From: Promethearchaeota archaeon
Lineage (GTDB): Archaea; Asgardarchaeota; Lokiarchaeia; Sigyniarchaeales; SOKP01
NCBI GenBank assembly: GCA_019058015.1
Contig: JAHLWH010000258.1
Span: 2,191-66,190 of the forward strand
DNA: 64,000 bases
Reading direction: 5' to 3'
Shown one piece after another: positions 27,473 to 37,133 of this stretch. Every line of letters begins with the position of its first letter. Within the stretch, counting starts at the first letter, position 1. The notes beneath the pieces were generated by a model, which saw nothing but the letters and a program-made list of their open reading frames with translations, was not told where the DNA came from and made no database searches. The translations under genes were made by a program, and so were the position numbers.

Positions 27473-29674
27473 TTAAAGAACTCTTTTCAATTTGAGGATA
27501 GTTTTTGTAGGGTCAATCTCATTAAATTTAAAGATATCTGCTTTACAGTAAAGTTTAAAATTTTTTTTTATTTCTTCTGCGGAAAATGGATGAATTCCCA
27601 AATTTCTTGTGGCCCAAGATTTTCTGGGTTCTAATATTACAACTTTTATTTTTCTTTTTGCAATAATTCTTGCAATATCTTTTAATTCCTCAGTAATCAA
27701 ATTATAGTCTGATTCAATTTGAGCAACTAGATCAGGATAAGTATAAGAAATATTTGCACCACAGTCGCTACAAATAAATATGACAGGAAAAATGTTTCGG
27801 TTTCTCATTTTCTCAATGTTTATCATCTCCAAACATTTATGTAGTGCAAAAGCCATGGGTGTATATGATTTACCTTTAATATTTTTGATTTTACTTAGCG
27901 CATTTCTTAGTGCAACAGTTGGTTTTTGAAGTACAATCGCATCTTTGCCACGGAACATAATAATACAAATTTTATCCTTTTTCTTATAACCCTCTCTCTG
28001 AAGTGCCTCTATTATATTTGTCATTTGCTTTAAAACACTATACATTGATGCAGAAGCATCTAAAATAAAGAACAAAGCTAAAGGTGCTTTAAATTCAAAA
28101 ACCTTTTCCATTATATCAGTTTTATCTAATTTTAATGGAAATTCAATTTCAGTAGGATTATAGGTCAAATTTTTTAAATAACTCCTAATAGAAGCATCTA
28201 GTGCTATATTTCTAGGATGTTCTAGTGGTCTTCGAAAAGAACTATAATGCCCCTTTTTACTTGAAGTAAATCTTGTTCGGTTTCCTACGCCTCGACCGCC
28301 AAAATTTGATATTCTCTTAGTATTTCTGATATTATTCAAAATTGAGATTATTTTATCCTCCAATTTATAAGCAAATTTTTGGAAATTGATAGTTTTATTA
28401 TCTCTATTATCATAAGATTCCTTAGATGGCAATCTCTTAACTTTCCAACCACCTGCAGGGTCATATTTATGGTTTTTATCCTCTTCTTGTGGTGGAGGAA
28501 GTTTTTGTTCTTTAGTCTCTGGTAAATTAATTTTATCCTTATCTACTGGATTTCTTTTGAATTGTTCTTGTGGCTCATCAGTAGATTTTAAAGGACCTTC
28601 AGTATCTTCATTTGGTTTATAAATATCTAAGTTTTCATATGCTTCTTGAATTTTTCCATAAGCATCGATAATTTTACCTTTTATCTCTTTTGCTGTTATA
28701 GTTGCATCAATTGATTCCATTCTATGCTCAAAAACAAGATCTAAAGCAATTTCTAAGTCCTCATTTAGAATATAAGTTCTATTATTAAAAGTCGCATTCG
28801 CACGAGCACATCGAATAAATGAAATATCTGCTCTTTGTGAAAAAATACTTAATTCACTGACAACTTCAGATACAAATTGGAAAATGCGCTCTGAAACCTT
28901 AACATCTTTTAATGTTTTTCTGGCTTGAATTATTCTCTGTTTCAATTCGTTTTGGTCATTTTGGTATTGTATAATGAATTCCTTAGGATTATCATTAAAA
29001 TCTATCACTCTTTTAGTAATTTCAGCTCGTACTTTTGGATCTGAAGGTGCTACAATTTTAACTTCTAAACCAAAACGATCTGCAATCTGGGGTCGTAAAT
29101 CACCCTCATCTGGATTCATTGAACCAACTAAAATAAATCTTGAAGGATGCATTACAGAAATTCCTTCCCTCTCAATGATATTTACACCTGATGCAGAAGC
29201 ATCCAATAACGTATCTACTATATGATCTTGTAAAAGATTTACCTCATCTATATACAAAATCCCTCTATTTGCTTTTGCTAATAAACCAGCATGAAGACTT
29301 CTTATTCCTTCAGCTAAAACTCGTTCTATGTCCAAACTTCCACAGACCATATCCTCTGTAGAGCCTAATGGAAGATTAACCAATTTCATCTGTCTTGTTT
29401 CCACTTCAAAATTTCCGTTTTTGACTTTTTCAATACAAATCTCACATAAATCTTCAAGATCAGAATTAGGATTACAATTAAAATAACATCCTTTTATAAC
29501 TTTTATTTCAGGCATAATATCTATAAGAGAACGGACTGCTGTAGATTTTCCTGTGCCGCGATGACCTGATAAAAGAACCCCTCCAATTAAAGGATCAATA
29601 ACGTTAAGAATTAATGCAATTTTCATTTTTTCATGTCCAATTATCGCTGTAAAAGGAAAATTGATTTTTCTCAT
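27473..29674 (-). CDS. ChlI/ChlD-type AAA+ ATPase fused to a C-terminal vWA domain (Mg-chelatase D-like architecture)
   Basis: FPFTAIIGHEKMKIAL..GGVLLSGHRGTGKST (ChlI/BchI N-terminus with Walker A), Walker B ILYIDEVNLL, a Pro/acidic linker (..LPPPQEEDK..), and vWA with MIDAS FFILDASASM. No CobN/ChlH-like large subunit is in the window. Confidence 0.8.
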   Translation of the reverse strand: MRKINFPFTAIIGHEKMKIALILNVIDPLIGGVLLSGHRGTGKSTAVRSLIDIMPEIKVIKGCYFNCNPNSDLEDLCEICIEKVKNGNFEVETRQMKLVNLPLGSTEDMVCGSLDIERVLAEGIRSLHAGLLAKANRGILYIDEVNLLQDHIVDTLLDASASGVNIIEREGISVMHPSRFILVGSMNPDEGDLRPQIADRFGLEVKIVAPSDPKVRAEITKRVIDFNDNPKEFIIQYQNDQNELKQRIIQARKTLKDVKVSERIFQFVSEVVSELSIFSQRADISFIRCARANATFNNRTYILNEDLEIALDLVFEHRMESIDATITAKEIKGKIIDAYGKIQEAYENLDIYKPNEDTEGPLKSTDEPQEQFKRNPVDKDKINLPETKEQKLPPPQEEDKNHKYDPAGGWKVKRLPSKESYDNRDNKTINFQKFAYKLEDKIISILNNIRNTKRISNFGGRGVGNRTRFTSSKKGHYSSFRRPLEHPRNIALDASIRSYLKNLTYNPTEIEFPLKLDKTDIMEKVFEFKAPLALFFILDASASMYSVLKQMTNIIEALQREGYKKKDKICIIMFRGKDAIVLQKPTVALRNALSKIKNIKGKSYTPMAFALHKCLEMINIEKMRNRNIFPVIFICSDCGANISYTYPDLVAQIESDYNLITEELKDIARIIAKRKIKVVILEPRKSWATRNLGIHPFSAEEIKKNFKLYCKADIFKFNEIDPTKTILKLKRVL

Positions 29675-29807
29675 CCGGTCAAAATCAGCTATATAATTGT
29701 CTAAAAACTTCTAAATTAAGTAAATTATCCCAAGATAATTTATTAAATTTTTGATACAAATAATCCTTGAAAGAGTTGAGATAGAACGCGAATATGTGTT
29801 TTATTTA

Positions 29808-30755
29808 TTAAAATTTCTGAGATATTGCACGTAAATCAGTTTCTAAATTTTCTACTTTTTGTTCCCACTGATTAATTACTTCTAAAGCTTGATGTATAAT
29901 TATATTTCTTTCTTTATACTCTAAGTAGTCTAAAAATTCTTTCATTTTTTCAATTTTTTTATTTGTTCTTTCAACAAATTTATTTATATCCCTAGTTTGA
30001 TTCAATAGGACTTCTGGAATCCTCGAAGTTGCTCCCTCTCTTGCAAGTGTTTTGAGATATTCTTCTGTTCCAATTAATTGAGAATCTAATTCCTCTATTG
30101 ATTTATTCACTTGATTCTGATACGTCTCTATTAGACCTTCTTTAGGGAGTAGATTTGTTACATCAATAATAAAAGCTTGAGTTGTTTGAATTAATTGCGT
30201 CATACTCTCATAACCTTCTATTTTGTAATTGATAGGATGATAACTTGCTTCAATTCCACTTACATCATCTAATCGAAAAATCTTAAAACCTGGATCATTT
30301 TCTAAAGGAATATCTGGGTCTCCTTTTTTATCAGGCAATTCAATTTGTTTTATTAATCTCATATGATTAAACACTAGTGAAATAGCTAATGGATTATTTG
30401 TTTGATAACTCAATGTTGTTCTAATATCGATATGTGACATCATTACTTTAAAACCGGGGTGACTATGATACCATCCAACGGTGAATCCTCCTCTCGAAAA
30501 TGCCTCATCATCAATTATAGAGAGTGCTTCATAATCTTTATCTTTCCATTTGTATTGATCGATCACTGCATCTCTATCTAATTCCTGGTGCATAATAGGA
30601 TGCGCTGCTGTAACAATTACATCATCACCAACATTCTTACCAATTAACACACCACTAACTTCCAACCAATCATCTTTTTGTATTCGTGCATTAGCAAATC
30701 TAACTGCTGCTGCAACAATTGTCAAATATGCTTTTCTTGGAATTATAACTGTCAT
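29808..30755 (-). CDS. JAMM/MPN+ metalloisopeptidase-like protein with ~130-aa C-terminal helical tail
   Basis: LEVSGVLIGK (E-x2-G-x-L-x-G) plus WYHSHPGFKVMMSHID (the complete H-x-H-x7-S-x2-D). The C-terminal third is predicted helical/coiled coil. Confidence 0.8.
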   Translation of the reverse strand: MTVIIPRKAYLTIVAAAVRFANARIQKDDWLEVSGVLIGKNVGDDVIVTAAHPIMHQELDRDAVIDQYKWKDKDYEALSIIDDEAFSRGGFTVGWYHSHPGFKVMMSHIDIRTTLSYQTNNPLAISLVFNHMRLIKQIELPDKKGDPDIPLENDPGFKIFRLDDVSGIEASYHPINYKIEGYESMTQLIQTTQAFIIDVTNLLPKEGLIETYQNQVNKSIEELDSQLIGTEEYLKTLAREGATSRIPEVLLNQTRDINKFVERTNKKIEKMKEFLDYLEYKERNIIIHQALEVINQWEQKVENLETDLRAISQKF

Positions 30756-30806
30756 TACATATATAATTAAAATTTCTTCCTATAAATGTAGTCCAAAAAA
30801 ATAATC

Positions 30807-31592
30807 TTATAAGTATTTTTTTAGCCAATCGATGGTTGCATTAATAAATTCTTTAAGATGATCATTTTTAAAATCGTGGCCTGCATTATCAATTTCAATC
30901 ATTTTGTGGTGTTCATCTTGAGGAAAATATCCAAATGATTCTCTCGTATAAATGGGGTTAACAGTGGTATCAGCCTTTCCTTGTACAATCAATGCTGGAG
31001 TTGTAAATGTTCGAAGATGTGTATTAACATCGGTATTTAAAATATCTTCGATAAAACTGTAATCTATCCAAATAGGTTCAGTAACACCTGAGGAAGGTAT
31101 TTTAAGCGGCGGTCTCCTAAGATTTTTCAAGATTTCTACTAACTCTATATTTCCTCTTTTGAGCATTCGCATTATATTAAAACCAGGAGCCCAAAAAATA
31201 GTTGTCTTTATTCCGGGAAGATTAGCAATTAATAAAGTAAGGCCTCCAAAGGAAAGACCAATAATGGCAATCCAAGAATAATCTTGTCTTTTTGCCCATG
31301 CATAAACATCTTCAAGGTCTTTAACTTGTTTAGAGAGTAAAATGAGTTCTCGTTCATTCTCACCAGAACCTGAAAAGTCAAAAATCAACGCATCAAATCC
31401 CTCATCGTTCAAAATATTCGCCGTTTTCGTAAAGCGACCCCACTCATATTTATCACCTGTAAATCCATGACATATTATTACAAATGGAGCTTTTTTATTT
31501 GAATCCTTAAATAAATTATTCGAGGTAATAAAATGAATTGCACTTAAAGAACCTCCAGAACTTTTGGGAATTAATATTTTGGTTTCAGACAT
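30807..31592 (-). CDS. alpha/beta-fold hydrolase
   Basis: HG oxyanion motif (IICHGFTGD), nucleophile elbow GLSFGG, and late GKADT / NAGHDF providing the Asp and His. Confidence 0.75.
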   Translation of the reverse strand: MSETKILIPKSSGGSLSAIHFITSNNLFKDSNKKAPFVIICHGFTGDKYEWGRFTKTANILNDEGFDALIFDFSGSGENERELILLSKQVKDLEDVYAWAKRQDYSWIAIIGLSFGGLTLLIANLPGIKTTIFWAPGFNIMRMLKRGNIELVEILKNLRRPPLKIPSSGVTEPIWIDYSFIEDILNTDVNTHLRTFTTPALIVQGKADTTVNPIYTRESFGYFPQDEHHKMIEIDNAGHDFKNDHLKEFINATIDWLKKYL

Positions 31593-31695
31593 TTTACTTT
31601 TCCTTTAATAACTCTGAATATAATAAAATTCATTAAAATTTTTTGTTTGTGAAAAGTTTGGTTTATTTTAATATCCAGATTTTAATTATAAAAAT

Positions 31696-32492
31696 TTAAT
31701 TTTGTTTTTTTTCTTTCTTGAGTTTATTCAATATTTCTTGTGGATATTTCGCTTTATAAAAAGGAAGACTAGAAAAAAAATGACTGAAAATACGTGTTAT
31801 CAATGATGTTTGGTATTTTTTCTTATTTTCCTTGCCGAAATAAATCCGTCGAAAAGGTTCGGCATATTTCCAACCATTTGTTTTCCTTCCAGCTAATTTC
31901 ATTATCGGTTTATAAATAAACATCATATAATTCATTAGCCAGTATTGAGTTTTATGGCATGCGAGTAATTGATTTACTAAGCCAATATCTTCTTTTTTAA
32001 AGGGGAAAAAAAATTGGGACTTAGAGATGAGTAAAAATAGAGAATTGGGATAGAATCTATTAATTTGTAATAGATAATATAAAATATTGCCTTCCCAGTA
32101 TTTACATGATCCATATGATAATACCAGGTATATATCGGTTTTGGGGCAAAAATTATATCCGGTTTTTCTTTTCTAATATAATTCGCAATTCTATTAATGA
32201 AATCTTTATTAAATTTTACAAAACCATCAATATAACCAAAAAAAAAAATATTTTTGGGAGATATTCCGTGAATACTTTGAGCATTATATAATTCCCTTGT
32301 TCTGACTTTTGCTAGGAATTTGCCTTTAAACTTATCATATTTAGCACCTGGGAGCCCAAATTCTCCTTTTGTTATTGAAGCAATTTTAATAATATGTTTT
32401 CTTTTGCTCTTTATGGCAAGATAATGCATTAATTGAGCACAATTAAACTCTAAATCATCGGGATGAGCTTGAAAAAAGATGATCTTTACCAT
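31696..32492 (-). pseudogene. PIG-L/LmbE-family deacetylase interrupted by a frameshift in a T8 (plus-strand A8) homopolymer
   Basis: The N-terminal ORF (31977-32492) has AHPDDLEF and HMDH motifs. The downstream ORF (31696-31935) and its open upstream extension encode ...PFKKEDIGLVNQLLACHKTQYW...KYAEPFRR, the conserved C-terminal half. The frames join within A8 at 32006-32013, and one extra base restores a ~260-aa protein. Confidence 0.7.
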
Positions 32493-33052
32493 ATTTAATC
32501 TCTATAGAACAATCTTAAAAAGATTCTTATTTTGAAAGATTAAAAAATACAAAAAAAAATCTTGTTTTATTATAATCTTGAGATTAATTGATGCAAAAAA
32601 ATTTAATAAATTTTCTCTCTCTTAAAGTTATTAAAATTCAGGTTAATACAAATTTTACAACGATAAAAATTGGTAGATTGAAATGAATTTTCATATTGAA
32701 ATCTCAGTTATTCTTAAAAAAATTTGATTTAACGGAAAGAGACGCAAAAAATTATAACAGATATTTGAATTTACCAAATATCAATTTGATAATGAAGAAA
32801 ATTTAACAAAAATTATGAACTTGCTTAAAAAAGCTAAGCATCAATTTAATGAACGAATACAAGAGATATTCGAATCCAGTCTTTCCGATAATGAAATACT
32901 TTCAGAAACATTAGAAAAAAAAGGGTAATACGGCTATTATTATTATTTTGATTGTTTATTAAGTATATTAAGTAATAAAAATTAATAAATAAAGTTAATC
33001 ACAATTCGTATTAGATAATATTGTAAAATTTCAGAATTTTAATAATAAATGA

Positions 33053-34210
33053 GTGATTATTGAATTAAGGGCAAAAATGAATAATAAAAAAGATTTTAAT
33101 GTGCTAAAAGAGTGTATTGATTTTATTCAGGAGTATAAAAGAGAGTTAATTGAAGGAGATACTCCATATACCGAAGGGGATAAAGAAGTAAGTTTTAATA
33201 TTACAGAAGAGAGAATTTTTCAGATTACTGGCTGTGATGATAACAGAAAGCTGGGATTCGTAGATGGCGGTACCGCTTCGATATTGAGGGCTGCGGATTT
33301 TAATATAAGCCTAAATAGAATTGCAGGAGTTTTATTTGAAGTTAATAAACCAATGAATCTTAAAAAAACTCCAGAAATTATAGAATTCTACTCTGCAACT
33401 ATTCTTGAACCTTTATCTAAAGGTAAAATAGCATATATTACGCGTTTATTTCCAAGAGAACCACAATTTAAAGAATTTTTACCTGATGAGGAAATTATAA
33501 TTCCATTAGATGAAGTAAAAATGTTGATGGGAATTCGATTTATGCCCAATATTGAAACCTTTGGTGCTGTTGCCATGAGATTTACAGAATGGTCTTATGC
33601 CTCAAAATTCATTGAAAATGAATTAGATAAAGGGGATATCTTCATACGAGATGGATCACTTCAAACAGGATTTAAGGATGAAATTCTTTTAGTACGTGGT
33701 TTATATTCAATTGCAAAAGAAAAGGACGTTTATTTAACTGGCCTCTCAAAGAGCTGTAGATTAATCACTAAAAATGGGGATTCTTTAATATCTATGATTG
33801 ATTTAATAGCTAGTAACAAATATCCTGAACAAAAATGGTACTATCATCCAATATATAAAATAACAAAAGCAGATAATTTAGCTGATGTTTATTTCGTAAA
33901 ACTTCACCAATACGCCCGTTCACCATTTAGGTTTGATATTTATTTAGAACAATCAGAAGGCTTAGATAAGCAAGAAAAAGAAGTAATAATTGCAAATATA
34001 GCCCAGAATTCGAGTGATTTATCATTCCCTGGCTATCCATATGGATTAATAAAAGTAGATCAATTATCCCGAGTCGGTGTAAGAGAAATTGAACCCCAAA
34101 AAATTCAATTACTATCTGAATTTGATTCAGATATTTATAAAAAATTTATATTACCACGCATTCGCTCTGTCGATGCGCATGATATATTAAATTCAATTAG
34201 AAAGAATTAA
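33053..34210 (+). CDS. nurA: NurA 5'-3' nuclease
   Basis: GFVDGGTASI, IRDGSLQ and GLSKSCR match the NurA catalytic-Asp and conserved motifs. First gene of a herA-mre11-rad50 cluster. The ATG at 33077 is an alternative start. Confidence 0.75.
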   Translation: MIIELRAKMNNKKDFNVLKECIDFIQEYKRELIEGDTPYTEGDKEVSFNITEERIFQITGCDDNRKLGFVDGGTASILRAADFNISLNRIAGVLFEVNKPMNLKKTPEIIEFYSATILEPLSKGKIAYITRLFPREPQFKEFLPDEEIIIPLDEVKMLMGIRFMPNIETFGAVAMRFTEWSYASKFIENELDKGDIFIRDGSLQTGFKDEILLVRGLYSIAKEKDVYLTGLSKSCRLITKNGDSLISMIDLIASNKYPEQKWYYHPIYKITKADNLADVYFVKLHQYARSPFRFDIYLEQSEGLDKQEKEVIIANIAQNSSDLSFPGYPYGLIKVDQLSRVGVREIEPQKIQLLSEFDSDIYKKFILPRIRSVDAHDILNSIRKN

Positions 34211-34240
34211 AAATATAAAAAAAATTAATGGATAAAAATA

Positions 34241-35830
34241 ATGACGAAATTAGGAACTAAGATAGGAAGCTTCGTATCAGGTTCATTTGTCAAATTAAAA
34301 TTAAGACAAAAATCTGATCAAGAATTTGAGCTCGGACAATTATTTATAGCTGGAAATAGTAAAGAAGATTATTCAATATTCCAGATTAAGGATTTGTATT
34401 ATGGAAGCCAAATACCAGACAGTTCTTTAGAACTAATGGCGGGGTATGGCTTAGAACGCGAACATTCAAATCTCATAATTTATGAACCGGAGTTAAGAAA
34501 TTATGTACTTGCTCATGCGAGAGAGTTAATATCTGTAAGAAAAAATTTAGAATTGAAATACGAACTATCAATCCCTAAGAAATTACCGAGATTCTTTTCT
34601 GATATATATGATTTAGATAAAACCCATCTCGAATTTTTTCAAGAAGAACAAATTGAAACTCCATTAAATCTTGGTAAAGTGCGTTCCGGCTCTAAAATCT
34701 TGGATGTGGATGTAAAAGTAGATGCGACCGAAGTATTAAAGCATCACATTTTAATACCAGCTGCAACCGGAAGAGGTAAGTCAAACTTAGTAAAAGTAAT
34801 GTTATATGATCTTATGGACAATAATAAATGTGGAAAACTAGTATTCGATCCTCATAATGAATACTATGGAAGCATAACACAAAAAGGATTAAGAGAACAT
34901 CCAAAAAGGGGTGAACTTTTAGAATATTATACTGTAAGGGATATAGCCGGTCATCTAGATTTAGGATTCAATATGCGTCTTATCAATCCTAGTCATGTTA
35001 TGCGTAGTATAAAACTTACTGACGCTCAAATACAAACAATCGTAGGTTTTAATAGAATACATAGAGTAAACTGGATTCATGCAATTTTTAGTGATGATAC
35101 TAATCAATTTAGAAGACCACCAGCACTGGATAATCGTACTTTAGAAGTTGTTAGAAGAAAACTCGGATTATTATTACATATTTTTCTTGAAGATGACGGA
35201 AGTATTTCAGAAAATGGAATATATACTTTCAATGGTTATGAACAGATTACCCATGATATTACAACTTCATTGTCAGATGGAAAGACAGTAATAATTGATA
35301 CCTCTTTATTTGGGGCTGCTGAAGAAATTTTCATTGCTACGATTATCGTAGAAAATATTTTTAATGAATATAAGCGTCTTAAATTTCGAGACCAATTACA
35401 AGAAAGACCAGTGATTTCCATCGTAATAGAGGAGGCTCCGCGTGTGATTGGAAAAAAAGTATTAGAATCTATGGATAACATATTTGGAAAAATAGCCCGT
35501 GAAGGACGGAAATTTCAAATAGGACTAATTGCAATTACTCAGTTGCCGAGCGTTATAGATCGTGAAATATTGGCAAATATGAATACAAAAATCATTTTAG
35601 GAAATGAAATGGGTCCTGAACGGAGAGCATTAATAGATAGTGCTGCTCAAGACTTATCAGATGATTATCAAACAATTGGTAGTCTTGATAAGGGTGAAGC
35701 AATTGTTACTTCCACTTTTACCAAATTTGCAGTTCCAATAAACATTCCCTTATTTGAAGATTTTATTAAACAATATCATAAAAAAAATCAATCAACACCA
35801 AAACCGAAAAGAAAATCACCTGGGTTTTAA
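34241..35830 (+). CDS. herA: HerA bipolar DNA helicase (FtsK/HerA ATPase)
   Basis: Walker [11 protein letters not shown], Walker [12 protein letters not shown], and TQLPSVID (the TQ-P sensor motif). 529 aa. Operon context. Confidence 0.85.
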   Translation: MTKLGTKIGSFVSGSFVKLKLRQKSDQEFELGQLFIAGNSKEDYSIFQIKDLYYGSQIPDSSLELMAGYGLEREHSNLIIYEPELRNYVLAHARELISVRKNLELKYELSIPKKLPRFFSDIYDLDKTHLEFFQEEQIETPLNLGKVRSGSKILDVDVKVDATEVLKHHILIPAATGRGKSNLVKVMLYDLMDNNKCGKLVFDPHNEYYGSITQKGLREHPKRGELLEYYTVRDIAGHLDLGFNMRLINPSHVMRSIKLTDAQIQTIVGFNRIHRVNWIHAIFSDDTNQFRRPPALDNRTLEVVRRKLGLLLHIFLEDDGSISENGIYTFNGYEQITHDITTSLSDGKTVIIDTSLFGAAEEIFIATIIVENIFNEYKRLKFRDQLQERPVISIVIEEAPRVIGKKVLESMDNIFGKIAREGRKFQIGLIAITQLPSVIDREILANMNTKIILGNEMGPERRALIDSAAQDLSDDYQTIGSLDKGEAIVTSTFTKFAVPINIPLFEDFIKQYHKKNQSTPKPKRKSPGF

Positions 35831-35833
35831 ACA

Positions 35834-37132
35834 ATGAAAATAAAATTTGCCCATATAGCCGACTGCCATTTAGGTGCTTGGAGAAATGAAAAATTAAATC
35901 AAATTGGATATGAAGCACTTGAAAAAGCTATTGACATAGCAGTTAAAGAAAAAACGGATTTTGTTATTATTAGTGGAGATCTATTCGATGTTAGCAATCC
36001 AAAAGTAGATGTTATAGATTTGGCAGTAAGAGAACTAAGAAAGTTAAAGGATGAGAATATATCTGTTTATGGAATTATGGGATCCCATGATTTTTCTCCA
36101 TCAGATAAATCTATGATTCGGCCTTTAATAACTGCCGGATTGTTTACAAATATTTCTCAAGGGGAAATAACTGAGAAAGATAAATTAAAATTATTATTTA
36201 CTCAAGATCCAAAAACTAAAATAAAAATAACTGGTTTAAGGGCGAGAAAGAGATGTTTAGAAATTGAAGATTATCAGATTTTAGATTTGGAAATTTTGGA
36301 AAAAGAAGAAGGAGTTAAGATTTTTGTACTTCACACATTATTAAGTGAACTAAAACCTATTGAGTTTAAAGATATGAAATCTGCCCCTAAATCTTTACTA
36401 CCTCAAGGATTTGATTACTATGCTGGTGGACATCTTCATAAAACCGTGCCAGAGAAATTAAGAGATTCTGAAACTCATTTTAAAGTAGATGATAAAACTA
36501 AGATAATCTACCCTGGCGCTCTTACACCAATAAATTTTCGCGAACTTGAACAATATAAATTTGGGGGATTTTGTATAATATCAGGAGACATAGACATAGA
36601 ATCTCAAAAATCAGATTTTGAGGTCAAATTTATTCCAATTAAAATAAAAGAAGTTATATCATTATTTATAGATTGTAATAACAAATCGATTGCTCAAGTC
36701 CAAGAATTATTAAAAGACAAAATTGGTAATATCAATTTTAATGACAAAATAGTCACTATTAGAATATTTGGAACTTTAGCTTCTGGAAAAACTTATGAAT
36801 TAAAAACTAATGAAATAATACAAAAGATAAAAGAAAAAGGGGCTTATGAAGTATTAATTAATAAATCTGCCCTTGCTTCAAAAGAATATGTCTCTATTAG
36901 TGTTTCTGTTGGAAAAACAAATGAAGAAATTGAAAACATACTCATTCATGAACACACTCAAAAAGTAAAAATTAAAAAGATCAGTAAAAAAGATATGGAA
37001 AACAAGATTCACGAATTATTATCTGTTATAGGCAAAGAAAGAGAAGAGGGAACAAAAACAAAAGAGTATAATGAAGTACTAGTTAATAATTTTAAAAAAG
37101 TCTTTCAATTAGAAGAAGAGGGGGATCAATGA
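35834..37132 (+). CDS. mre11: Mre11 DNA double-strand-break repair nuclease
   Basis: Calcineurin-like phosphoesterase motifs HIADCHLG, SGDLFD, GSHD, VLHT and GGHLH, in order. Starts 3 nt after the herA stop. Confidence 0.85.
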   Translation: MKIKFAHIADCHLGAWRNEKLNQIGYEALEKAIDIAVKEKTDFVIISGDLFDVSNPKVDVIDLAVRELRKLKDENISVYGIMGSHDFSPSDKSMIRPLITAGLFTNISQGEITEKDKLKLLFTQDPKTKIKITGLRARKRCLEIEDYQILDLEILEKEEGVKIFVLHTLLSELKPIEFKDMKSAPKSLLPQGFDYYAGGHLHKTVPEKLRDSETHFKVDDKTKIIYPGALTPINFRELEQYKFGGFCIISGDIDIESQKSDFEVKFIPIKIKEVISLFIDCNNKSIAQVQELLKDKIGNINFNDKIVTIRIFGTLASGKTYELKTNEIIQKIKEKGAYEVLINKSALASKEYVSISVSVGKTNEEIENILIHEHTQKVKIKKISKKDMENKIHELLSVIGKEREEGTKTKEYNEVLVNNFKKVFQLEEEGDQ

Positions 37133-37133
37133 A

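Noticed and set aside
27473-29674. Annotating the AAA+-vWA fusion as a bona fide magnesium/cobalt chelatase subunit (chlD/cobT)
   Set aside because: Only the architecture matches. No large ChlH/CobN subunit or tetrapyrrole genes are in the window, so I gave no functional gene symbol.
31696-31935. 79-aa ORF as an independent gene
   Set aside because: Its frame is open upstream into the A8 tract and encodes the conserved C-terminal half of the PIG-L deacetylase. I interpret it as part of one frameshifted gene.
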